NCBI GenBank assembly: GCA_036397895.1
Contig: DASWIA010000056.1
Coordinates: forward strand, 2,468-66,467
DNA from: Acidimicrobiales bacterium
Lineage (GTDB): Bacteria; Actinomycetota; Acidimicrobiia; Acidimicrobiales; DASWIA01
Direction: 5' to 3'
DNA: 64,000 nt
The position numbers were made by a program, and so were the translations under genes. The notes below the pieces were generated by a model. The model saw nothing but the letters and a program-made list of their open reading frames with translations. It searched no databases and was not told the origin of the DNA. Numbering within the stretch: the stretch's first letter is position 1; every line of letters starts with the position of its first letter. Shown here in pieces: positions 40,452 to 52,787 of the stretch.

Positions 40452-42062
40452 TCATCCCTCATCATCGTCAGTGTCGGCAGATCCACCACCGTCAGTGATG
40501 GATTCCACGTCGGAGTTGACGGTACCCGCATCGACGGCAGGTGTGTCGTCGAGGGCACCAGATCGGCCATCCGGCGGGTTGGGCGGGTCGGAACGGCCCA
40601 CTTCGGGACGAAGGGTCGGGAAGGCGACGACATCGCGGATGGTGGCCACGTCGGTCAACAGCATGACCAGGCGATCCATGCCGATGCCCAGCCCGGCCGT
40701 GGGCGGCAGCCCGTGATCGAGGGCCCGGAGGTAGTCCTCGTCGACGGCCATGGCCTCGTGGTCGCCGGCCTCCCTGGCCGCGGCCTGCGCTTCGAACCGC
40801 TGGCGCTGGACGTCGGGGTCGGTGAGCTCGCTGAAGGCATTGCACAGCTCGCGGCCGGCGACGATCGCCTCGAACCGCTCTGTGACCAACGCGTCCTGGC
40901 GACTCTGGCGAGCCAGCGGCGAGACCTCGACGGGATAGTCGGTGACGAACACCGGACCCCAGAGCTCGGGCTCAGTCGTCTTCTCGTAGATCTCGAGCAC
41001 CAGCTTGCCCGGACCCCATGACGCCTTGTGCTCCACCCCCACCTTGTCGCAGATGGCGGCCAGCTCAGCCCGGGGCATGTCGACGCTGATGTCGAGGTCG
41101 GCGTGCTCGCCAACCAGCTCGGTGAGCGAAACCCGCCGCCACGGCGGCGACAGGTCGAGTGGGCGACCGTCGTAGATGATGGAGGTGGTGCCCACCAGCT
41201 CGGTCGCGAGATGGCCGACCAGCTCTTCGGTGAGCGCCATCACGTCGGTGTAGTCGCCGTACGCCTGGTACAGCTCGAGCATCGTGAACTCGGGGTTGTG
41301 GCGGGGCGACAGCCCTTCGTTGCGGAACACCCGGCCGATCTCGAACACGCGGTCCATCCCGCCGACGACGAGGCGCTTCAGGTACAGCTCGGGCGCGACG
41401 CGGAGATAGAGATCGGTGTCGAGCGCGTTGTGGTGAGTGGTGAACGGCCTGGCCAACGCCCCACCAGGGATGGGTTGCAGGATCGGCGTCTCGACCTCGA
41501 TGAAGCGCCGGTCTTCGAGCCAGCGGCGGGTGAGGCTCATCACCCGGCTGCGCATGGTGAGTGCTCGGCGAGCCTCCTCGGTGACCCACAGGTCGACGTA
41601 GCGCTGGCGGTAGCGCAGATCGGGGTCGGTGAGGCCGTGCCACTTGTCAGGAAAGGTGCGACGGGTCTCGGCCAGCAACGTCCAATCCTCGACCTTGACC
41701 GACAGCTCGCCCTTGCGGGTGGTCATGATCTCGCCGGTGACGCCGATCCAGTCGCCAAGCGACAGCTCTCCGAACTGGTCGTAGCGAGGGGTGACCTTGG
41801 CCGGGGCGAACAGCTGGATCCGGCCGGTGGCGTCGGCCAGCGTTCCGAACGACAGCTTGCCCTGCACCCGCCGCAGCATGAGACGGCCGGCAACGGTGAC
41901 CGCAACGCCGGTCTCGGTGCCCGGCTCGAGGCCATCGTGGACGTCGCGGACGTCGGCGACCGGCGTGACGCCGTCGAAGCGGTAAGGCTGGTCCACGACG
42001 GCCAAGGATGGTCGCTGAGCGTCCAGAGGGACGAATCCCTTTCGCGGCGGGAGCTGGCTCAC
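40452..42062 (-). CDS. lysS: lysine--tRNA ligase (class II) with an acidic C-terminal tail
   Basis: OB-fold N-domain and class II motifs ([14 protein letters not shown]). About 45 extra C-terminal residues. Confidence 0.85.
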   Translation of the reverse strand: MSQLPPRKGFVPLDAQRPSLAVVDQPYRFDGVTPVADVRDVHDGLEPGTETGVAVTVAGRLMLRRVQGKLSFGTLADATGRIQLFAPAKVTPRYDQFGELSLGDWIGVTGEIMTTRKGELSVKVEDWTLLAETRRTFPDKWHGLTDPDLRYRQRYVDLWVTEEARRALTMRSRVMSLTRRWLEDRRFIEVETPILQPIPGGALARPFTTHHNALDTDLYLRVAPELYLKRLVVGGMDRVFEIGRVFRNEGLSPRHNPEFTMLELYQAYGDYTDVMALTEELVGHLATELVGTTSIIYDGRPLDLSPPWRRVSLTELVGEHADLDISVDMPRAELAAICDKVGVEHKASWGPGKLVLEIYEKTTEPELWGPVFVTDYPVEVSPLARQSRQDALVTERFEAIVAGRELCNAFSELTDPDVQRQRFEAQAAAREAGDHEAMAVDEDYLRALDHGLPPTAGLGIGMDRLVMLLTDVATIRDVVAFPTLRPEVGRSDPPNPPDGRSGALDDTPAVDAGTVNSDVESITDGGGSADTDDDEG

Positions 42063-42123
42063 CGGCGATCGCCCATAGGCGACACCGTGCCTTCTGGTCG
42101 CCTGCGCCCTTCGGCTCGGCTCC

Positions 42124-42900
42124 TCACACCTCGTCGGTGCGGTTCTTGCTGAACACCAGACGCAGGCCCTGGAGGGTGAGCCACGGCTCGACGTGCTCGA
42201 TCTTCCTGGAGAACGGTGCGATGAGCTGGGCGAGCCCTCCGGTGCTCACGATCGTGCAGGCCCCCAGCTCCGCCTCGATGCGGTCGCACAAGCCGTCGAC
42301 CTGCGCCGCGAATCCGTACACGGTCCCGGCTTGGATGGACTCGACCGTGCTCTTGCCCAGGACGCTCCGGGGCTCCACCAGGGCGACTCGACGCAGCGCG
42401 GCGGCCCGGGCGAAGAGGGCGTCGAGGCTGATCTCGACACCGGGGGCGATGGCGCCGCCCAGGTAGTCCCCGTCGGACGACACCGCGTCACACGTGGTGG
42501 CGGTGCCGAAGTCGACGATGATGGTGGGGCCCCCGAACTGGTCGTAGGCGGCAACCGCGTTGGCGATGCGGTCGGCGCCGACCTCCTTGGGGTTGTCGTA
42601 GAGGATCGACACACCGGTCTTGACACCCGGGCCCAAGACAACCGGCTCGAACCCGAAGTAGCGCTCGCACATCTCTCGTAGCGCCTCGGTCACATCGGGA
42701 ACGCCCGAGGAGATGACCATCCCGGCCACATCGTCGCTGAAGCTGAACCCGTGGAAGCGAAGGAAGTTGCCGATGAGCAGGGCCAGCTCGTCCGATGTGC
42801 GGTCGGAGTGGGTGCCGATGCGCCAGTGGTCGACAAGATCGGCGTCGTCGAACATGCCGACCACGGTGGTGGTGTTGCCGGCGTCGATGGCGAGCAGCAA
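42124..42900 (-). CDS. coaX: type III pantothenate kinase
   Basis: [12 protein letters not shown] motif. TTG start at 42900 is preceded by AAGGAGG. The track ORF start at 43008 overlaps nadC. Confidence 0.8.
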   Translation of the reverse strand: MLLAIDAGNTTTVVGMFDDADLVDHWRIGTHSDRTSDELALLIGNFLRFHGFSFSDDVAGMVISSGVPDVTEALREMCERYFGFEPVVLGPGVKTGVSILYDNPKEVGADRIANAVAAYDQFGGPTIIVDFGTATTCDAVSSDGDYLGGAIAPGVEISLDALFARAAALRRVALVEPRSVLGKSTVESIQAGTVYGFAAQVDGLCDRIEAELGACTIVSTGGLAQLIAPFSRKIEHVEPWLTLQGLRLVFSKNRTDEV

Positions 42901-42913
42901 AGGGCCTCCTTGG

Positions 42914-43777
42914 TCAGTCGACCCGGTGGTCGTCGACGTCGACGTCGAGGCCGATGTCGAGCACGGGGGCCGAGTGGGTGAGCGCACCCACCGACACGAA
43001 GTCGACACCGGTGGCCGCGTAGTCGCTGAGGTTCTGAAGGTTCACGCCGCCGGTGACCTCGATCTCGCACCGCCCGTCGACCAGCTCGACGGTGTCTTCG
43101 ATGGTCGGCAGATCCATGTTGTCGAGCATGACGCGATCAGCACCCGCGGCGAGCGCCTCGCGCACCTGCCCAAGGGTCTCGCACTCCACCTGCACCGTGC
43201 GCCCCGGCCAACGGAACTTCGACCGGCGCACCGCCTCGGACAGCTCGACATGGGCAAGGTGGTTGTCCTTCAGCAGCACACCGTCGCTCAGCGAGCCACG
43301 GTGGTTGAAGCCGCCACCGGCTCGAACGGCCGCCTTCTCGAGGGCACGCAGTCCGGGCGTGGTCTTGCGGGTGTCGAGAACGCGGCACCGCCCACCGGCG
43401 GCGCGCACGTGGCGGCGGGTGAAGCTTGCGATGCCCGACAGATGGCCCAGGAAGTTGAGGGCGGTTCGCTCGCCGGCGAGAACCGACGCGAGGGGACCCG
43501 ACACGGTGGCGATGCGCTCACCGCTGTCAACCTCGCTGGCGTCGTCGACGTCGAAGTGCAGTGCCACGCTTGGGTCGACCTGAGCGAACGTCTCGACGAC
43601 GCAGAGCCGTCCCGCCACCACCCCCTCGGCTCGGCTGACGATCTCGGCCGTCGCGAACACGTCGATGATGCCGACCAGCGCGCCGGTGATGTCGCCGAGC
43701 GGTTCGAGGTCCTCGCGGAGCGCTCGGGAGACGGCGTCACGCACGGCGGAGAGCGGGGGAAGGACATCAGAGTTCAC
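42914..43777 (-). CDS. nadC: nicotinate-nucleotide diphosphorylase (carboxylating)
   Basis: 287 aa from GTG 43777. QPRT pattern ALREDL...GDIT...LDTRKTTPGLR...LDNM. Confidence 0.8.
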   Translation of the reverse strand: MNSDVLPPLSAVRDAVSRALREDLEPLGDITGALVGIIDVFATAEIVSRAEGVVAGRLCVVETFAQVDPSVALHFDVDDASEVDSGERIATVSGPLASVLAGERTALNFLGHLSGIASFTRRHVRAAGGRCRVLDTRKTTPGLRALEKAAVRAGGGFNHRGSLSDGVLLKDNHLAHVELSEAVRRSKFRWPGRTVQVECETLGQVREALAAGADRVMLDNMDLPTIEDTVELVDGRCEIEVTGGVNLQNLSDYAATGVDFVSVGALTHSAPVLDIGLDVDVDDHRVD

Positions 43778-43784
43778 GTCTGCA

Positions 43785-45395
43785 TCATGACCCGTCCTGT
43801 GACGGCTGTCGGTCGATGGCCGGTCGGCGAACCAGGTGATGGCACCGGCCGGTGGCATCGTCTCGCTCGTTGAAGTCGAGCCGGGTGTGACCGCCCCTCG
43901 TCTCCCTCCGTGCCGTAGCCGACGCCACGATGGCGGCGGCGACATCGGCCAGGTTGGCCAGCTCCACCTCGGCGCGCCCACAGAGCTCGGGAGGGGCACC
44001 CAGGGTGGCGAGTGACGTGGCTGCCCGCTCCAGCGACCGGGCCGATCGGACGACACCGGCGTGATCGGTCATCGTCTGTTGCAGGGCGGCCCGCGCCTGG
44101 CGGGCAGCGTCGATGGCCGGCAGGGATCGGGGCGGTGACCATGGCTCCCGGGATGGCAGAGCGACGTCGGTGACTGGAACGGCGGCGGGGCCGGGTTCCA
44201 TCACCGAACCCATGACGCCGGTGGGCCGTGGACCGCGCCGGCCGTCGGCTACGGCCTCGACAACTCGAGCGGCGAAGACCATGCCCTCGAGCAGCGAGTT
44301 GGACGCAAGTCGGTTGGCTCCGTGCACGCCGGTACAGGCCGTCTCGCCCGCCGCCCACAGCCCGGGCACGGTCGTGGCCCCGTCGAGGTCGGTCAAGACA
44401 CCACCACACAGGTAGTGGGCAGCCGGAGCCACCGGCAGCCATTCGCGCTGGGGGTCGAACCCGGCCGCAGACATCGACGCGGCAATGGTGGGGAAGCGCT
44501 CGCCGAACCGGTCGACTCCGGTGCAGTCGAGCCAGACGTGGTCGACGTCCCCGTCGGCGATCTCCTCAGCGATGGCACGGGCGACCACGTCACGGGGTTG
44601 CAGCTCGTCGACGAACCGCTCCCCGTCGAGATCACGAAGCACGGCACCGTGACCGCGCAAGGCCTCGGAGAGCAGCGGGCGGGGCATCACCGGATGGTGG
44701 AGCGCGGTGGGGTGGAACTGGACGAACTCCATGTCGGCCAGCACCGCGCCCGAACGCATGGCCATGGCCATGCCGTCGGCGGTGGCCTCCGCCGGGTTGG
44801 TGGTGACGGCGTACACCTGGCCTGCTCCCCCGGTGGCCAGCAGCACATTGGCGGCCTCCACCGTTACCGGCGAACCGTTGGCGTCGAGGGCGGTGAGCGC
44901 GGCACACGAACCACCAGCGTCGAGGACGACCCCGAGCGCGAAGTGGTGCTCTCGGATGTCGCGGGCCGACGCCAGCGTGGCCGCCACCAGCGCCCGCTCC
45001 ACCTCGGCACCTGTGGCGGCCCCACCGGCGTGCACGATCCGAGGGACCGAGTGCCCGCCCTCGCGAGCCAGCAGAAGCTCGCCGCGGTGGTCACGGTCGA
45101 AGACGGCTCCGAGTGCGATCAGCTCGTGAACCCGAGCGGGGCCTTCATCGACGAGAACCCGAACCGCTTCGACGTCGCAGAGGCCGGCGCCCGCGGCCAG
45201 GGTGTCGGCGAGGTGGAGGTCGGCGGAGTCTGGGTCGCCGCCCAGCACCGCGGCCACGCCGCCTTGGGCCCAGCGGGTGGTGGCCTGTTCGAGCACCCCC
45301 TTGGTGACGATGCCGACGCTCAGACCGCGCTCGGCGGCGCGCACCGCGGCGGAGAGCCCGGCGACGCCGGACCCCACGACCAACAGGTCAAGCAC
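43785..45395 (-). CDS. nadB: L-aspartate oxidase
   Basis: FAD motif DLLVVGSGVAGLSAA and succinate-dehydrogenase-like flavoprotein length and motifs. Confidence 0.85.
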   Translation of the reverse strand: MLDLLVVGSGVAGLSAAVRAAERGLSVGIVTKGVLEQATTRWAQGGVAAVLGGDPDSADLHLADTLAAGAGLCDVEAVRVLVDEGPARVHELIALGAVFDRDHRGELLLAREGGHSVPRIVHAGGAATGAEVERALVAATLASARDIREHHFALGVVLDAGGSCAALTALDANGSPVTVEAANVLLATGGAGQVYAVTTNPAEATADGMAMAMRSGAVLADMEFVQFHPTALHHPVMPRPLLSEALRGHGAVLRDLDGERFVDELQPRDVVARAIAEEIADGDVDHVWLDCTGVDRFGERFPTIAASMSAAGFDPQREWLPVAPAAHYLCGGVLTDLDGATTVPGLWAAGETACTGVHGANRLASNSLLEGMVFAARVVEAVADGRRGPRPTGVMGSVMEPGPAAVPVTDVALPSREPWSPPRSLPAIDAARQARAALQQTMTDHAGVVRSARSLERAATSLATLGAPPELCGRAEVELANLADVAAAIVASATARRETRGGHTRLDFNERDDATGRCHHLVRRPAIDRQPSQDGS

Positions 45396-45446
45396 AGATC
45401 ACCCCGCGATGGGTGGGCGGATGGTTCGCTGAAGCACCCAGCAGCG

Positions 45447-45842
45447 TCAGTCGGTGAGCTGGTGAAGCTCGGCCTGGAGCGACGCCATCTCGCCGTCGAT
45501 CGGCCGGTTGCGGCTGTCGACGTGCACGATGCGGGGCTCGTAGGTCTCGAGCTCGGCCTCGGAGTACTCGCCGTAGCTGATGACGATGACCCGATCGCCC
45601 CGGTGAACGAGGCGGGCAGCAGCGCCGTTGAGGCAGACCTCGCCCTCGCCGTCGGTGCCCTCGATCACGTACGTCTCGAACCGCGCTCCGTTGTCGATGT
45701 CGACCACCTGGACCTGCTCGTAGTGGTGCAGATCCGCCAGCGCCATCAGCCGAGCGTCGATGGTGATGCTGCCCACATAGTGCAGGTCGGCATCGGTCAC
45801 CGTGGCCCGATGGATCTTGGACTTCATCATGCGCCGCTGCAT
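45447..45842 (-). CDS. panD: aspartate 1-decarboxylase
   Basis: [29 protein letters not shown], including the self-processing G-S site. Confidence 0.9.
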   Translation of the reverse strand: MQRRMMKSKIHRATVTDADLHYVGSITIDARLMALADLHHYEQVQVVDIDNGARFETYVIEGTDGEGEVCLNGAAARLVHRGDRVIVISYGEYSEAELETYEPRIVHVDSRNRPIDGEMASLQAELHQLTD

Positions 45843-46018
45843 GGGTCACCTCCTCGGTGGGTAGGTGCCGGTCCCACGCCCAGTGCGTAGGGCGGACTGG
45901 AGCCAGCGTAGGAGATCCCGACTCCTCTGCGGTAGTTCGCTCTCCACAAGCCCGGCCCCTGCAATCCTTCGTGGAGCTCTCCGCTCCGAATCGATCGATG
46001 GCCGGGCGCTCCCGGTGG

Positions 46019-46873
46019 TCACCTCACACCCGGTGCCGCCCCGAGGTTGTCGATGAGACGGGCGTGGGGGAGCTGGGCGGCCACCAGGAGTCGCACCGGT
46101 CCGTCGATGCGCTCCAGGGGTCTGATGGTGCGAGGGTGGCGCACCACTGCGTAGTCGAGCGTCACCAAGGGCTCAGCGTCGATGACCTCGCCCATGAGCG
46201 TCTCCACGGTCGCCGGATCGGTCTCACCCGAAGCGATTGCGGCCTGGCCAGATCGCAGGGCGCGGTGGAGCACCGGAGCCGCTTCGCGCTCGCCGGGCGT
46301 GAGGTACGCGTTGCGACTCGACATGGCCAAGCCGTCCCTCTCGCGCACGGTGGGGCACCCCACCACGGTGACTCCGAGGCTCAGGTCGCGGGCCAGGGCC
46401 GCGGTGAGCTGGAGCTGCTGGTAGTCCTTCTCGCCGAAGTAAGCACGGCACGGACCCACCATGGCGAAGAGCTTGGTGACCACCGTGGCCACCCCGGAGA
46501 AGTGGCTGGGGCGGGCACCGCTCTCGAGGCCTTCGGTCACCGAGGTCACGTTCACCGTGGTGAGCACCTCATCGGGATACATCTCGTCGACGCTCGGGGT
46601 GAACAGCAGGCCGGCGCCGGCGCCGGCGGCCTTCGCCGCGTCACCGTCGGGATCGCGGGGATAGGCGTCGAGGTCTTCTTCGGGAGCGAACTGGAGGGGG
46701 TTCACGAAGATGGTGACCACCGTGAGGTCCTGTTCGGCGACCGAACGCTCGATCAAGCTGAGATGCCCGTCATGGAGGTAGCCCATGGTGGGAACGAGAC
46801 CCACCGTCCGGCCATCGCACCGGGCGCGACTGGCGCGGGCTCTCAGCTCGGCCGTGGCGGAGACCGTGTCCAT
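46019..46873 (-). CDS. panC: pantoate--beta-alanine ligase
   Basis: VPTMGYLHDGHLSL HIGH-like motif. Start set at ATG 46873, just after the upstream stop. Confidence 0.85.
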   Translation of the reverse strand: MDTVSATAELRARASRARCDGRTVGLVPTMGYLHDGHLSLIERSVAEQDLTVVTIFVNPLQFAPEEDLDAYPRDPDGDAAKAAGAGAGLLFTPSVDEMYPDEVLTTVNVTSVTEGLESGARPSHFSGVATVVTKLFAMVGPCRAYFGEKDYQQLQLTAALARDLSLGVTVVGCPTVRERDGLAMSSRNAYLTPGEREAAPVLHRALRSGQAAIASGETDPATVETLMGEVIDAEPLVTLDYAVVRHPRTIRPLERIDGPVRLLVAAQLPHARLIDNLGAAPGVR

Positions 46874-46875
46874 CG

Positions 46876-47613
46876 TCAGGATCGTGCCAGGCGCCGGCAC
46901 AGCTCGACGAGGGCGTCGTAGGCCGCCCGCTCGGCGTCGGCATCGGCGAGAGTGCCCAGCACCTCTCGGTGACGGCTCAGCGTTGCCTCATCGCCGCGGG
47001 CGGCCGGGCCGGTCAGCGCTGCTGCGGGCCCGAGCTCGGCCACGTTGTCGACGGTGGAGGCGACCAGGTCCAGGTAGGCCTCGAGCGGAACGTTGGCCTT
47101 CTCAGCGAGACGTTCGACCTGGCCGAGGAGGGCCACCAGGTGATTGGAGGCCACACACGCGGCGGCGTGGTACGCGGCGCGGCCCTCGTCGGCGAGATCG
47201 ATGGCCCGCCCCCCGAGCGCCTCGACGATCTCGCGGGCCATCGGGTCTCCGGCTACCGCGAACCACGCCCCGTCGCGCAGGCGCCGAGCACCGACGTCGG
47301 GAGCCGGCAAGGCGACGAGGGGGTGCACGGCCGCCCGGCGGGGGTGAGGCTCGAGGACGGCGAGTCCGAGCGATCCCGCCAGGTGGGCAATGACCGTCGT
47401 AGCGGTAGATCCAGCCGGTTCGATGGCAGCCGAGACCTCGGCGATGGCCGCATCGGGTACCGCGACGACGACGAGGTCCACGCCGGCGGCCGCCGACGCC
47501 ACGTTGTCGCCGCGGCCGAGCGCGGGCAGCTCGGACCACCCGACATCGGTCAGTGCGGCCGCGAGTGATCCTCCGGCACGCCCGCGACCGACGATGCGGA
47601 ATCGCCTCCTCAC
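46876..47613 (-). CDS. Rossmann-like / DUF2520 domain protein (putative ketopantoate-reductase-like)
   Basis: N-terminal IVGRGRAGGS dinucleotide-binding motif. Sits between folK and panC, as in mycobacteria (Rv3603c-like, from memory). Confidence 0.55.
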   Translation of the reverse strand: MRRRFRIVGRGRAGGSLAAALTDVGWSELPALGRGDNVASAAAGVDLVVVAVPDAAIAEVSAAIEPAGSTATTVIAHLAGSLGLAVLEPHPRRAAVHPLVALPAPDVGARRLRDGAWFAVAGDPMAREIVEALGGRAIDLADEGRAAYHAAACVASNHLVALLGQVERLAEKANVPLEAYLDLVASTVDNVAELGPAAALTGPAARGDEATLSRHREVLGTLADADAERAAYDALVELCRRLARS

Positions 47614-48125
47614 GTGCCGGTGCCTGAGATGTCGTCGCCCGCTCGCTCCGCCGCAGCCACCCCGTCGAGCAGCCCCACGCAGCGGACGTCACCCTCGGAG
47701 GCGTCGAGGGCTCCCGGGGGCACGAGGTCGGAGGCCACATCGGCCAGTGGGGCGACGACGAACCGCCGCTGCCACATCCGCGGGTGGGGGACGGTGAGCT
47801 CGGGGGTGTCGATCGATTCGTCGTCGTAGAGGAGGACATCGATGTCGAGGGTTCGTGGCCCCCACCGCTCGAGGCGGACGCGCCGAGCCACCGCCTCCAG
47901 CTGGCGGCACACCCCCAACACCGCATGGGGGTCGAGCGTGGTGCGGGCATCGACGACGAGGTTGAGGAACGGACCTTGGTCGGGTCCCCCAACCGGCTCG
48001 GTCTCGTACACCGGCGAGACAACGCTCACTTCGACACCCCGGCGGCCCAGCCCCTCGACGGCCATCGCCAGGTGCCCAGCGCGGGTACCGAGGTTCGAGC
48101 CAAGGCCGAGCAGCACGCGGGGCAT
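47610..48125 (-). CDS. folK: 2-amino-4-hydroxy-6-hydroxymethyldihydropteridine diphosphokinase
   Basis: LGLGSNLG...YETEP...RTLDIDVL...PHPRM motifs. Confidence 0.85.
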   Translation of the reverse strand: MPRVLLGLGSNLGTRAGHLAMAVEGLGRRGVEVSVVSPVYETEPVGGPDQGPFLNLVVDARTTLDPHAVLGVCRQLEAVARRVRLERWGPRTLDIDVLLYDDESIDTPELTVPHPRMWQRRFVVAPLADVASDLVPPGALDASEGDVRCVGLLDGVAAAERAGDDISGTGT

Positions 48126-48138
48126 CAGCAGTGCCCCG

Positions 48139-48504
48139 TCAGCTCCGGCTGCGACGGACGGTCACACCCACCCGATCGACATCGACAGGCACCGGGGGGC
48201 GAACCTTGCGGACGGTCACCTCGGCCGCCGCGACCCGGTCGTCGCTGAGAGCCACGTCAGCGATCCGCCCGGCGAGCGCCTCGAGGAGCCGGTACTGCTC
48301 GGTGCTCACGATGCGGGCCACCGACTCGCACAACGCGCCATAGTCGAGGGTGTCGTCGAGGTCGTCGCTCGCTGAGGCTGTCCCCAGGTCGACGTGCACG
48401 CAGACGTCGACCTCGAACGGCTGGCTGCGCTGCTGCTCCTCGGGCAGAACACCGTGGATTCCGACAGCGCGCAGCCCGGTGATCTCGATGCGATCGGTCC
48501 CCAT
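48139..48504 (-). CDS. folB: dihydroneopterin aldolase
   Basis: 121 aa with IEITGLRAVGIHGVLPEEQ and LDYGAL motifs. Confidence 0.85.
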   Translation of the reverse strand: MGTDRIEITGLRAVGIHGVLPEEQQRSQPFEVDVCVHVDLGTASASDDLDDTLDYGALCESVARIVSTEQYRLLEALAGRIADVALSDDRVAAAEVTVRKVRPPVPVDVDRVGVTVRRSRS

Positions 48505-48511
48505 GGGTACC

Positions 48512-49021
48512 TCAGCTCCGCTTCGACTGGCGCGCGGCGATCGCCACCAGCCGCCGGGCGTTGTGGGTGAGGTGCCTCTCGAGCAGGCGCTCCACGATGG
48601 CGACGGCGCGGTGCTCTTCGGGGACCAGACCGGTGTGGATCAGATACCCGGTGACCGCTCCGCTGACCCGGTCACCCAGCTCCTCGTGATGGAGGATCAC
48701 CTTCTCTCCCGCCGCCGCCAGTGCGTCGAGCTGGCGGTAGAGCTCGGGGAGCACCTCGTCGGCGTCGGACAGCTCGGGGAACGGAAGGTGGACGTAGGAC
48801 ACGTCGAGCTCGTCGTAGTGGTGGAGGTTGTGGGGGGACGCCAGGAGCGAGATGACCTTGCCGAACCCCTGCTCGCGGATCCAGATGATCTCCTCCTGGC
48901 GGCGAACCCGGCGGTGGTTCTCGCCGTAGCCGCCAGGCCGTTCGCACACGGCCAGCCGGTCCTTGATGATCCATGCGAAGTGGCGAGGAACGATCCCTTG
49001 TGCCCACTTGCCTTTGGCCAT
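48512..49021 (-). CDS. dual-specificity-phosphatase-fold protein with His in place of the catalytic Cys
   Basis: 169 aa from ATG 49021, with GAGGAG 9 nt upstream. DSP-like layout: LAVCERPGG, HLPFPELSD, then P-loop-like VILHHEELGDRVSG (H-x5-R instead of C-x5-R). Confidence 0.5.
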   Translation of the reverse strand: MAKGKWAQGIVPRHFAWIIKDRLAVCERPGGYGENHRRVRRQEEIIWIREQGFGKVISLLASPHNLHHYDELDVSYVHLPFPELSDADEVLPELYRQLDALAAAGEKVILHHEELGDRVSGAVTGYLIHTGLVPEEHRAVAIVERLLERHLTHNARRLVAIAARQSKRS

Positions 49022-49101
49022 CTCGTTGCTCCTCGTCAGGCCCGGCCCAGCGGCCGAGCGGGGGACGGTCGGCGGCGCCTGGGCCACCGGGTCGGACTGG
49101 T

Positions 49102-49914
49102 CTATGCGGCGTGGCCGGCGACGGTGATCGCGTCGGCGAGAGGTTCGACGTCGTGGACCCGCACCCAGGAAGCGCCCAGGGCGGCCGCCCACACGTTGGT
49201 GGCGATGGTGGCTTCGATCCGGTCGTCGGAGCCGACCGGATCGAAGGCGTCAAGCTCTGGAGTGGCGACGTCGAGCGGGCCGCGGTGGCCCGAGTCGGAG
49301 CGAGCGTGGAGCCGACCGAGGAAGCCCTTGCGCGAGGTCCCGATCACCACCGGATGGCCGAGGGCGACAACGAGGTCCAGATGGGCCAGCAGCTCGAGGT
49401 TGTGGGCACTGGTCTTCCCGAACCCGATGCCCGGGTCGATCCACACCTCGGGCACACCGGCATCGAGGGCGCGCCCGGCTCGCTCGGCCAGGAAGTCGAC
49501 GACCTCGGCGACGACATCGTCGTATGCGGGTGCTACCTGCATGGTGGTGGGATCACCCTGCATGTGCATGCACACCCACGGTACGTCGGCGGCCGCGGCC
49601 ACCTCCCACAGGGACGCCGAGACGTCGTTGATGATGGTGGCGCCAGCCTCGACGGCAGCGTCGGCCACCTCGGCGTTGCGGGTGTCTACCGAGACCGGCC
49701 CCTCGGCTGCGAGCGCCTCGATGACGGGGAGCACCCGCTCCATCTCGGTGACGGGATCGACGGCGTCAGCACCGGGGCGAGTGGACTCGCCACCAACATC
49801 GATCAGGTGGGCGCCGGCGACCCGCATGGCCCGTCCATGGGCGATGGCTGCTTGGCGATCGAGGTGGCGGCCGCCGTCGCTGAAGGAGTCTGGGGTCACG
49901 TTCAACACACCCAT
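49102..49914 (-). CDS. folP: dihydropteroate synthase
   Basis: MGVLNVTPDSFSDGG start motif and the pterin-binding barrel pattern. Confidence 0.85.
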   Translation of the reverse strand: MGVLNVTPDSFSDGGRHLDRQAAIAHGRAMRVAGAHLIDVGGESTRPGADAVDPVTEMERVLPVIEALAAEGPVSVDTRNAEVADAAVEAGATIINDVSASLWEVAAAADVPWVCMHMQGDPTTMQVAPAYDDVVAEVVDFLAERAGRALDAGVPEVWIDPGIGFGKTSAHNLELLAHLDLVVALGHPVVIGTSRKGFLGRLHARSDSGHRGPLDVATPELDAFDPVGSDDRIEATIATNVWAAALGASWVRVHDVEPLADAITVAGHAA

Positions 49915-50065
49915 CACTCGGCACGACACGGCCGACGACCCTACAGCGTCAGGAGGTTTGAAAGATCATGAAGAGGACCGACAATGTCCACAACCACCGA
50001 AGATTTCGATGCCGGCCGGGGTGGAGCTGACCGGCGTGGGGCCGGAGATTCGGGTTCTCGAGACA

Positions 50066-50692
50066 TCACCGACGCTGGTCGATGAAGCGCATCGCCTCCA
50101 GGCGGGTGGCCTGGTTCTCTCGGAACAGGCCGCGCACCGCCGAGGTCACGGTGGTGGCACCGGGCTTGCGGATGCCGCGCATGGACATGCAGAGGTGCTC
50201 GGCCTCGATGACGACCATGACGCCCCGCGGCTCGAGGGAGGTCTCGATGGCGTCCGCGATCTGCGTGGTCAGCACCTCCTGCACCTGGGGCCGATGGGCA
50301 AAGCCGTCGACAAGGCGGGCCAGCTTCGACAGTCCGGTGATGCGGCCGTCCGAGTTGGGGATGTAGGCCACGTGGGCCTTACCGAAGAAGGGCACGAGGT
50401 GGTGTTCGCACACCGAGTAGAGGTCGATGTCGCGCACCATCACGATCTCGTCGTGACCAGCTTCGAACGACACCTTGAGGTGCGCGGTGGGGTCATTGTG
50501 CAGCCCGGTGAAGATCTCCGCGTACATTTCGGCCACCCGCTCAGGCGTGCGGAGCAGACCGTCGCGGTCGGGATCCTCGCCGATGGCGAACAGGATCTCG
50601 CGCACGGCGGCGCCGATGCGGGCGGTGTCGATGGGACCGGTTCGGTGGCCGTCTCCGTCGGTCAGGTCGACTCCCGTGTCCGTGGTGGTCAT
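50066..50692 (-). CDS. folE: GTP cyclohydrolase I
   Basis: [11 protein letters not shown] and MSMRGIRK motifs. Confidence 0.9.
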   Translation of the reverse strand: MTTTDTGVDLTDGDGHRTGPIDTARIGAAVREILFAIGEDPDRDGLLRTPERVAEMYAEIFTGLHNDPTAHLKVSFEAGHDEIVMVRDIDLYSVCEHHLVPFFGKAHVAYIPNSDGRITGLSKLARLVDGFAHRPQVQEVLTTQIADAIETSLEPRGVMVVIEAEHLCMSMRGIRKPGATTVTSAVRGLFRENQATRLEAMRFIDQRR

Positions 50693-50707
50693 GAGCCTCA
50701 GCCTTCG

Positions 50708-52645
<1,938 letters not shown>

Positions 52646-52787
52646 CGGGAAAGTCCAAAGGAAGGGTGGCGCGGCACCAAGGCCGAGATGACGGGTGCGC
52701 GTGAGTCGATCACGGTCTCACCAGGCTACCGGCGACACGCGGTGGGTTGCCCCTCGACGCCGCGACCGGACCCCGATCAGGACGTGG

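Noticed and set aside
49915-50065. Mini-ORFs in the folE-folP spacer: a plus-strand 20-aa ORF after AGGAGG, a 33-aa plus-strand ORF, and a 42-aa minus-strand ORF overlapping the folE stop
   Set aside because: Two of the three candidates have many A/T third positions, unlike real genes here, and the third encodes only 20 aa. The translations are not protein-like. The GC dip is more simply an internal promoter or spacer.
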